From Octopus bimaculoides (Eukaryota): a DNA stretch of 61,216 nt. The notes below the pieces were generated by a model. That model was not told the origin of the DNA. It did not search any database and saw only the letters and a list, made by a program, of their open reading frames with translations. The number at the start of each line of letters is the position of its first letter. Within the stretch, counting starts at the first letter, position 1. The translations under genes were made by a program, and so were the position numbers. Shown here piece after piece: positions 36,209 through 47,100 of this stretch. The DNA lies in NCBI RefSeq assembly GCF_001194135.2, contig NC_069005.1:35159944-35221159 (forward strand), in the 5' to 3' direction.

Positions 36209-38356
36209 AGGACGGGTTTCTTTCAGTTTCCATCTACCAAATTCACTCACAACGCAATTAGCTGGCACAGCCCTAGTAGGCTCAAAGTGTCATGCAATAG
36301 GACTGAACTCGAGACCTTGTGGCTGCAATGCGAGCCTCTCAACCACACAGCCATGTTGGCTATTTTGTCCACAGCAGTCAGTGTTGTAGGGACGAATCCT
36401 AGTTCAGGGCTCAGTTGCCGGGTTATGAAAGATAACGCAAGGGAGATAATGCAAGTTGATTTCTCTCCCTTGGTATCCTTGCCATCGTATAGTTGTGTCA
36501 CGTACAACTTATGTTATATTGTTGATATTCACAGACATAAATATCCTCGTTTAAGCATAATGTAAGAATGCAATAGACTTTAGATGGACTGCGGTGTTAA
36601 TGGAGATTTGAATAATGGGATTTATGACAAACAATGATATGTTCAAATGAAATGATGTGGCGGTACATTGAGAAAATGCTGTTTCTCTCTCAACGAACTT
36701 TTGGGTCTACCGCACAGTTGTTCTTTACCCTTCCTTTATACTTCTCGCTTCTCTCCTTTTGAATGATGTCACCAGAAAACATCTCTCCATCTCTCTTTGC
36801 AAGGCTTCTGCCCTATATGCTAGATATTTCTTTTACCTCATAGTAAACCTATCCAACAATACAGATTTGGTGTGTAGTGTTTGCTATGTCTCAAACCTAC
36901 AATTGCAATGTTCAATTCCTAGCCAAGTCAAAGCAATTCTATTTTGGAAATATTTAATGTAGAAACATCTTTAACACTTGGCATTTGAATAGGAGTCAGG
37001 ATAGCTTCAGGATAGAAACTGTCTTTTGGAATTCTTTAAAACCATTTGGCAACATGATAGTACCAAGTAATCTAATTATGGTGGATCATGAAAGACTTCA
37101 GGCTACAGGGAGTGGGTGACATTAACTGTAACTGAAAGCAATTCTAAGGATAAACGTAAAACAGTGAATCCAGTGGATGAGAGATATAATAGAGTAAGAA
37201 GGTCAATGCTTACCAAGACAATTGTGAACAATTTTACCTGTTTTAGTTTTGTAAACAGGCTGGAGGAGGCTGGTCAGTTGGTCAGCTACAACACAGTTCA
37301 TGTTCTCAAATGTCACTTGCTTTATGTGCAGCCGTCGGGTGCAGATATCCTGCAGTTGGTCATTATTAATGAGCAGGAGGCCATCTGATGTCTGGTAAAG
37401 ATTAGATAGGGTCAACACTGTATTATAGTTCTGGACAATCACTTCTCCAGTGTGATATGGCCAGATCACTTGATTCAAGATGAAGGCATTTGGGTAGACA
37501 TCACGAAGACAGCGAGTAAGGTAAGCACCAACACCAGAACCTGTGCCACCAGCAACACTCATCAGACACAGGAAACCTCCAAGACAATCACATTTTTCAG
37601 CCTCTTTTCGAATCTATCGATTTAAATGGAAAAAAAAAAGTTTAATCTTTAGCACAAATGATTAATGTCTTTAATCATTGGTTTCCATGATCAGAGCTGA
37701 TCTAGGGTTAAACAACAACAATAACACAAGTCCAGTAAATATAAATATAAAACTTTGTGTAACCATCCAACCCACATAGGGAAGGGAAAATATTTGTCGC
37801 TAAGAATTAACATTATCTCATGATCAGACAACAGAAATGTTTGACAGTAAAAATAGTTAACAAACTAGAATTAGATTTTTAACACACACAAACTCTGCAG
37901 CATATGTTGAGTACTTTTTCATTTGTGGGTGGGTGGATGGGTTAAGAGAGAGGGGGTAGTAGAAAAGCAACTCACCATATTCATTACTGTTTCTTTTGCT
38001 TTGGGTCCACAAGAAAGGAATCCATTTGCCCAGTTATTACCTGATCCTCTCTGATGACACACCTGTTGATTAGCTGGATACCGCCACAAACCTGACCGCC
38101 TAGCTAGTTGGCATGTCTGTGCAATCACTTTTGGTTCCATGTCGACCATGACGGCCCGAGCTTCTAAAAGACAGGCCAATCCACTTTTGGTCTTGCATTC
38201 GACAAAGAAACGGTCAATGGCTTCTTGAATGTAGTTCTCATTGGCTCGGGGAGAAACATGCGGATTTCTGATGTGAAAGTCTTGTAGAAGGGTGTTGTAA
38301 AATTCCCCCCCTATTTGATTCCCACACTGACCCAACTGTAATGTCACCACTGACAT
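34609..38356 (-). CDS. TUBD1: Delta-tubulin (one internal exon not visible)
   Basis: Exons 38356-37976 (MSVVTLQLGQCGNQIG...GSGNNWANG), 37613-37214 (IRKEAEKCD...SVAGGTGSGVG...VIVQNYN) and 35015-34609 (...KSATLVSNSQ...RAWDMFSAKAFFHQY...DFLDSFACLEQIIASYASL stop). Tubulin GTP-binding signatures and a delta-type C-terminus are present. About 396 codons are visible versus roughly 450 expected. Confidence 0.93.
35325..36166. other. Assembly gap inside TUBD1
   Basis: 842 N flanked by (TA)n. Other large gaps: 13115-13530, 18760-19414, 28021-29019, 29470-29697, 31774-32218, 53703-54279. Confidence 0.99.
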
Positions 38357-38396
38357 AATTGGTGGTGAGGCTTGCAGGGTCTTCAGGAGACAGGGA

Positions 38397-40604
38397 GCTA
38401 GAAATAAATCACAAGAGAAATACACTGAATCTTTCAAAATAGAATCATTTTTAAACAACACTTGTTTCTAATTTAGGCAAAAGATTTCATTTTTTTAGGA
38501 GAGGTGGCAGGTTAGTCGATTACATTGACCTCAGTGTTTGAGTAATGCTTTATTTTATCAACACCCGAAAGATGGAAAGGCAAAGTTGACTCCAACAGGT
38601 TTTCATCTCAAACCATCTAGTCGATTACAGTGCTTAGCTAGGACTCATTTTATTATTAAGCGCAAAAGGATGAAAGGCAAAGACGGCCTCGGCGGTATTT
38701 TAACTCAGAACGTAAAAACGGGCGAAACGCCGCTAAGCATTCTCTCGGCTTTACGTTACGTCCTGTGGGTGAAGACATTCAGAATAAAGATGCCTTCACA
38801 CAGTGACAAACAAATTAAAACGAATATTGTAAACAAAAGTTCAAATAACAACTCTATATGCAACGTTATATAGATATTTGGTAAGATTATTTATCAAACG
38901 GTAACTTATGACAATACAAAGTAGAGAAACGCGATTAATTTTCGTTTCGTTTCCATTTGCTGACGTTCTTTGTTTTGGATATACTCCAGTTTCGAATCTT
39001 TTCCCGATGGAAGTAAATAGATTTATTTCTTCAAATAAATGAGACAATTGTAAAAGATAAAATTTTATTTGAAGAACCGGTCGGCGATTTTATTTTGGAC
39101 AAGCGAGATTATAGTCTTGTAATCATTTTCATTCATATCTAGGATTGAGTGAACGACAAAATTATTCTTGCAGATTGAACTGAAAACAAAGTGGGATAAA
39201 ATTTAGTAGTTACCCAATAAATCTATGACAATAAGGAAATATCGATAGTTACCAAAATTCTACTCAAGGTGGAATCTGATCGGAGTAAAATATAACAATT
39301 TAGATACAGAAGAGAAAAGGAAGTAGAATGCGAAAAAAGAGGGCATCAAATATTGTAAACCGAGAAAAATTTGCGAGTGAAGAAATAAGTGGTGAATTCA
39401 GACGTTTTAAACAGGATCCTGTCTCTAATTTCTTCGAAAATAGACCTACTTCTCGCTCATCTCCTCACAGCATACGTAATAATAATACTTTAACAAAGTT
39501 AAGAAAACACTTACAAAACTTATTGATAATTTAGCTTGTAGTGGGCAGGAAATTTCGTATAGATCGGTTCATGATAGTCACAGTTATATCGAACAGGAGA
39601 GAAACAGAGAGATTGTGTGCATTTATAAATGAAGAGTTTGACAATAAACTATGAAACTTTTCGACTGACCAAGAACAGTGGTCAGTGTCATTGCTACCAT
39701 GACAGCGGTGAATAATCAAACTGTACCTTGTGAATATATTGACTGGATCCCCAGTAATGCTTATGTGTAACTGCGTGATTTTATGCGGTTAAATAAGTAA
39801 CTCAGTAATTTTAATTATACATTTTATGTAATACAAACTGTATGGAGGGAATTATGCAAATATCACTTGTATTATAGAAAAGGAATAACGTAGAAGCAGT
39901 CAGAAGCTGTATACGGCAAGAGTTTCAATATATGCGTCTGTAGGCACACCCACACACACATGCTGCTTCATTAGTTACATCTAGTAGTAAGGTTGTGTTC
40001 CTGGATCTTTTAGAAGGGATTTTAGTTTTAAAATATCTTTTGATAGATTTTTTTTCCAACTTGAAATTTATAGTTTCATAATAATTGTCACTTTTATTTA
40101 CTATATTTAAATAATTTTATACATTAATGTATTATTCTTGGCCAGACAGCTCTGGTCGTATGATTGTATCTTCATCCTTTTATCGTAGTGAAATTCTCCG
40201 AGGAATCTGTTTTAATTTGACCAAATCCATCACACAATAATTCTATTATAATTCCATTCTCATCTAGGGTGTTTTATATTGATGTATAACAAAGCCTTAA
40301 ATTGGTTGGGGTGAGCAGTGTAAATGAATACCTGGAGCTCGGTACCCGAGGGTTGGTGTTTAATTTAAAGATCCTGGAAGAACGAAAGGCAAAATTATAA
40401 TTTTAGTTTAAAACTGTAAGGCATTAAGGACAGCTAAAATTTTAATATACTTAATGCTTGGAGCATCAAAAGGTTAAGTAGAAATAATTATAAATTTAAA
40501 AGCATTAAATTTAGTTTGCCCGATTTCTGATAAATAAAATACGTAACTAAACCTGCGAATACGTTTCCAGTTGGCGTACTTGACAACCTTTTCAATGAAT
40601 CAAA
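38397..40604. promoter_or_regulatory. Probable bidirectional promoter region of TUBD1 and HEATR6
   Basis: Divergent start codons at 38356 (-) and 40605 (+), about 2.25 kb apart. A minus-strand acceptor at 38397 and a candidate minus-strand donor (GTAAGT near 39509-39514) suggest an upstream TUBD1 5'UTR exon. Confidence 0.5.
38505..38765 (-). mobile_element. Same SINE family, partly duplicated copy in the TUBD1 5' intron
   Basis: Two tandem GAAAGGCAAAG segments and AACTCAGAACGTAAAAACGGGCGAAACGCCGCTAAGCATT, matching 42080-42180. Confidence 0.65.
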
Positions 40605-41116
40605 ATGTCAGCCGCAACAGCTGACAACAGCAACATGACACAGATGGACCCTGGTTCAATCAGAGACGATCTGGGACTGCATAGTCACAAGTCACAACTC
40701 GATCATGGTTCCACGAGAACAGACCTAAAATCACACAGCAACAATATGTCGCAATGTTCTTCTAGAAGCGATTTCCTGGACATCTTACACCGTCTCATGC
40801 AGTTCACAGTGGAAGATAAACAACCAGCCGAGTCCAATGCAAGGTTAAACAAATTGATGGACGAGATCAATCCGTTTTGTGTCGGACAATCTGCAGCCGT
40901 GTTTCTCACGGAGGTAAATAATAATTATCGTATTTGTGTGTAATGTCGAAATATTTGGTAGTATCATAAATACAGGAGAGCATGTGAGAGATTAACTGAG
41001 TGACAAATCCACTCCACTGTCATTCCATTCGCATCTAGAAGGGGTTGTCTTAAGTGTCTCCTAATTACATGCACTCGCCAATTCAGCCGTTCTGAAACTG
41101 ACGAATACCAGCTCCC

Positions 41117-41172
<56 letters not shown>

Positions 41173-44100
41173 GTATGTGTTTGGTGTGTGTATGGAATTT
41201 TTTTTGTCACATCTCACCTGTGATTTCCATCCATATAATCTTTCTCCCTTCGCCATTGTGTTGGATAAATTTAGATCCTTTTATAAAACCTAGCAATCGA
41301 TCCGCTCTCTTTTTAACCCTAACTCGAACTCATTTTATGAGAAACACTGTCCCTAGTTAACAGCTCTTCGAGAGACCTCGAAGCGATCGTTCGATTTTTA
41401 AAAATAACAACTGAATCTCCTTTAAATCACATCCCACCATTTTAAAAAAAAGGAGACACATTGAACAATAGTTATGAATATACAAAAAAAAAGGGAGGGA
41501 TGGTCCCGACTGGCACGCTTTCCATCCTTATTTTGCTTGATCAGAGCTGATGCAGGGCTAAAGTAACTCTACTTGCCAAATCTCCGAATCTTTGAGAACA
41601 GAAGTCTTAGATACATGCTACCTGTTCTCACTAACAGCAACACTATTAGAGATATCGGTTCTGGTGTGAACACACCTGCAAACTTTCTGACGTTCGTTAT
41701 TTCTTATAGCACTTTCACTTTGTTTGCTTCCAGGAAGGAAACCAGTTGCTCTGTAAACTGTGTATGTTGATTCCATACAATGAAGAATATCTGGTGATGA
41801 AATTTTGTCACACAATTTTTAGTGTTTTAACCAACACAGAGGTAAGTTAACCTTTGAATGTTTGTTTTTCTTTTCTCTCATTACTAAAAATTCCGATTAA
41901 GGTGACACTCCGTCTCTCACTATCTTAATATTGACACTGTAACATCGAGTTATGGCCCAAATTATATCCATTAGCTAAAACATTGATTCCAAATTTTGGC
42001 ACACGGCCAGTAATTTTGGGGAGGCGTTAAGTTGATTACATCGACATCAGTGCTCAACTGGTGTTTATTTTATCGACCCCGAAAGCATGAAAGGCAAAGT
42101 TGATCTCGACGGAATTTGAACTCAGAACATATAGACGGATGAAATGCCGCCAAGCATTTTGTCCGGCGTGCTAACGATTCTGCCAACTCTCTGCCTTCCC
42201 ATTAAGTAAAATATTACAAATAAAAATATCTTTTTGTCACAACTTATTAAAGGAATTGTGATAATTATAGCTAAGGGCAAGAAAAACATTAATTTTCCAA
42301 ATGATGTGTAAAGCTCAATGCTTTCTTTCGTTTCTTTGAAAGTCTTCGAGATCTGCATTGATCTAGATTAATCACAATTAGCTCCCTTTGTCCATTATCT
42401 CTCTCTCTATCAAACCGATAACTTGCAGGGATAGACAGCATCTTCTGCTTGTACACCAAACTTATAATGTGTAAGTAGCTTGCTTACCAACCACATGGTC
42501 CTTGGACAAGAGGACATTAACATCATGATGCTGATATATATATATATGTGTGTGTGTGTGTGTTTAATTTGAAAGTCTATGAGGATTACTTAATACAGTT
42601 TTGAAGTATAAAGGGGATTTGTTTTAAAAAAATGTTGTGAAATCTTTTATCAGGATGTTACTAACCTTTTGGGGAAGAAATTTTATATATATGTATACAT
42701 GTGTATATGTATGAATTTATTTTTATATAGGGTTCATTAGAGGATAAATGTTTCCTAAAAGTAACCAATTTCTTAATCCATGGATTGGAACAATCTCCCA
42801 AAGCAATCATTCCTGATATTCTTTCTACTTTGGCTGTCGTTCTTCATGAAAATGGAAACAGATTAAAGAAGGTTTGTTGTATTCTCTCTCTCTCAAGAAT
42901 TCAGTTTTTGCATAATTAATAAGCTGTTGGAACAAACAAGAAGTTGGAAATAGCAGTCAAACTCTCTCAACTCAAACTTATTGAACTAAGAATAAAGTGA
43001 AATGAAAGTAAAAACTTTTTTAATGTCATCAACTGCTATGTCAGAGGTTTTGCATGGTCACTTGATCTTCTAGAAATAACAGCCAAATGCCTCTCGAATC
43101 ATTCTGCTGTTTTATATGAGGACACCACACATTAGACAACATAGTTCTCTATATTCCTAAAATGACAGGATGGTCATGGTTGAAATGCCCCTTGCTTGTA
43201 GTTTTGTTCAGTCAGGATTGATCTGAAGCTAAACAACAATTCCATCAGTCTAATAATAATTGTTTTTGATTGTATTTTTCTTTCAGTTCTATGAGTTGCT
43301 GCTGGGGGAGACTGGTTTGTTTGTCGAGTTGTGTGAGTCGACAGAAGATGGTGTATTGAAAGGACTCCTCTGCTGCCTGGAGAACATTACTCTCAAGTAT
43401 GGAAGATGACATTTTATTAATCACAGATAATATTTATTGTTATCATACAGTCTTTAGTATTATATCACATATAACATTTACTGTTATCATATAGTCGTTA
43501 GTGCTATATCGCATATGGGTCAGCCTAGAACTGTTTCTAGGCAAGACAGCTTTGTTATCTATGTAATATTTAATGTTATATCCCGGCCTAACTAAATTCA
43601 TAAAATAACAACTTACTTGAAACGATGTCAGAACTTACATCACTTCGCAACACACAGCCATATCTTATGCTGGAGAATTTAAGTTAATTTTTGCCAATTT
43701 ACCATTGTTTTTGTTCTTTTTAAATCTAGTTGGTTTCTTTACTTTATAAAACCTTCCCAAAAGGAGAACCTTTCCTTACCAACAGAGTTAAGAACTTTCT
43801 AAACTTTTGCCTTCATTTCTATTCTTTCGTTTCTTTTGTTATTGTTGTAACCATCTCCACCCCAATTAAGGAACCCAGCTAACAGAAACAACTATCTGCT
43901 ATTTCTAATTAGCTGCCTTGAGCAGTTCAGAGTTGCCCTGATTTCTAACTATTCCTCAACATAATATTACATGTGAAATCCTGGTTCTCTCTCAGAGACT
44001 CCACTCTGGTTTTGACATACCAATTGTTTCTACAAAAAATTGTTTCACATTTTTTCGACAATTCCTTGTTACAAACCAAGCAAGTCCCTTTGTCCAGATG

Positions 44101-47100
44101 TCGTTGTCATTATGTAAAATCTCTTATTCATTAGTACTTTAGTCTTTATTGTGTTGACCTTTGCACTTTTGACCAGATATGGATCTTTTTCTACATTTTT
44201 CATTTCAGGTCAGGAAATTCTCCATACATGGATGAGAAATATGTGTCAGCATGCATCGATATTTTCCTGAAGATCCTCTATGACATTCCAGGTTTAACTA
44301 TGGATATCCTACCAAAGTGTAGAGTATGTATGGCCATTCAGCACCATTTCACACTGCTAATTAGGGGCCTTTGTAGAGGAAGGGGGGGCAGCTAGTGGTG
44401 TTAAATTACTTTTGAATTTCTTGGATTAGGTCTGCTTGAGCAACACCATGGTCATGTGTGGCCACCATCACTGAATCCTTATTGGAAGTACACCAACTTA
44501 ACATAAACATCCTGGTACACTGAGGTACACTAATATCCAGCTATATCAAGGATGATGCCATCCCTTATGCCAACTACTTTACAGTGTGTATTGAGTACTT
44601 GTTACATGGCACTGTCACTTGTGATGTTACCTAATATAATAATTCACTAGTCTTGACCCCTTGACTAAGACAGGGGGTGAGTTAATACCTGGTGTTGAGA
44701 GGCTCATGTATGATAGAGGGACAGGAAGAGGTGTCACATTATGGAGGGGATCCATGGCTTCCCTGTATTCCATGAGGGGACAATCAACTAACCACACCCT
44801 ACACTCTTACCATTAATAAAGTCAGTGTTCTACTTGTATTCCATTCCATCAAGTAATATGCATTACTCAAAGAATTCTAATAAGTTTTTTTGATGTTTCT
44901 TTATATTTTATATTTCCCAGATCTTGTGTCACACATTAAGAGGTCTACACAACATCATTTTGGCTACACGTTCGGTCCCTCCTGAAACCATTGGACTTTT
45001 ACTGTCAGCTGTCTGGGTAAGTTTCTTACTGGAGTCTCTGATATTTATTCTCTCCCCTGCACTGAATATTGCATTTCTTTCTCTCCTTATATTTACTTGA
45101 TGTTCACCTGCTGAGTAACAATGACAGACATCGTAGTGTTTCCTCCTGTTGTTATGACAATCCAACCTGGCCCTCTTCTAAAAATAATTACAGAGTAGAC
45201 AAATTGTTTCAGTCAGAGAATTTCATTTGGTCAATGGTTGTAAACAGAAGAAATAAAGAACCGAAGCATGGTCCTCAGTTATTTGTAGAGGGTGAATGTA
45301 GCAGTTTGGTCATAGTATCTTACTGGTATAGGGTGGAGATAGTTTCTTCCACTCCCACAGTTCTGTTGCCATTACTACAACTTTCTAATTCCACAACTCA
45401 CATCTTCAAATACGTCTTTTCGTCTTTCTTTTCTCCTTCAACTTTTGCGGAATTCTCTCTCTCTCATAGAATTCAGTACAGTATAAACCACCACCACCAC
45501 CACCACCACCACCACTGTCCAGTTAATAATTAAGTAAACCAATTGTCAATATTCTCTTTTCAGAATTATGTGTTCTATGGTTTGGCCAGTTACCCCCTCA
45601 CCACTCCGCAGACTCTTTACCCGATTCCAATGAGTCAATACAATCCGTCTGTGTCCAGTAACAACTCAGCCAAGATGGACACAACTGGGAAACAACCTCA
45701 GAAGAAGAAGAAGAAAAAGAAACTGGTGCCCCGACGCCAGTCCAGTGCCAAAGAGACAGAGGACGATGTCCAGTACGGCCAAAGCTTTTCATTGTTCCCA
45801 TCTTCGTTACTAAGTCGTGACCTCAGCAACACCATCGAAGACCCTCTTCTTTGTAATCTTTTAGGAAATCTTCACCTGAACAATGAGCTGAGTGGACGGG
45901 GCTATGTGAGTAGCTCCGAGTCCGAACTCTCTGACTCTGATGCCTCACAGGTCGGCGGCAAACACCGATCTCATTATATCAAAGTTCGACAGGCTGCCCT
46001 CGGGACTTTATATATCATCTTCAAGGTAAATCCATTCTTGAGACTTCTTGATCAGTTTTTTTACCTAATTTACAGCTGTTGTTATTTAGCCCTGGGTCAG
46101 TTTCATTGAGCAGACCCATAATCAGAAGTATTCCAGCCATGACCATTCTGTATATTTAGAAACTAACATTGTACATTCTGTCCTTGGCAGGATAGGATTG
46201 AAGAACATTTGGCTGCTATTTCAAGCACATTGAGCATTGTTTAACAGTTGTGACCTAATGTCTTACACACACACACGTGTGTGTAATAGTGTGTGTGTGT
46301 GTGTGTGTGTTTTGCCTCTTTCAAAACCCATTTTGGTTTGTTTGCCTCCTTGTAACTTAGTGGTTTGACAAAAGAGATTGATAAAATATGTTACTCAGCT
46401 TAAAAATCAGCTCTGGGATAGACTGGATTGACCCTTCAGAGCACTGCTCCAGCATGGCCACAGTCCAGTTAGAGCATATACATACACATATACACTCATA
46501 CAAATATGCACATATACATGTACATACATATATTCTGCACCGACACTGTATGTCTCTTTGTATGCTTGACCTGCTAGAAGCAGCAGCTAAATCACCCTAA
46601 AACTACACCCTCCTGTTTTAAAAAAAACTAGAAATGACACATTGAATAATTAGTTCTAGATAGGACTGGATAGTCATGGTTGGATTGCCTCTGACCATAG
46701 GCCTGCTGGATCAGTGGACTTAACACCATGCTACTTAAAAAAAAACGAAATCAATCAATCTCATCAATGGATACCATTTCACTGTGGCCTTTCTTTTAAT
46801 AGTTTACAGATCGCAAAGTAATCTTTGGTTACTGGATGTGTTTTGTTCCTGATGTTCCGATTGCTGGGAATATTCAACAAGTTCGCTCTATACTCACCAT
46901 TATTTTACGAGACCCATCTCCTAAGGTAAGACCATCATCTTTTCTTTGATTCAATCTCTTGGAGTGAAAAATTCTAGAACATTTTGTCTGAACCTTGTCT
47001 TCCTTTCTAAAACTGACCGTTGTCTCCCTGGCACAACTACCCAGGTATGTCTGTTAATACCCTGTCTATTGGAGTGTGTTTGTTGTAATATATACATTTA

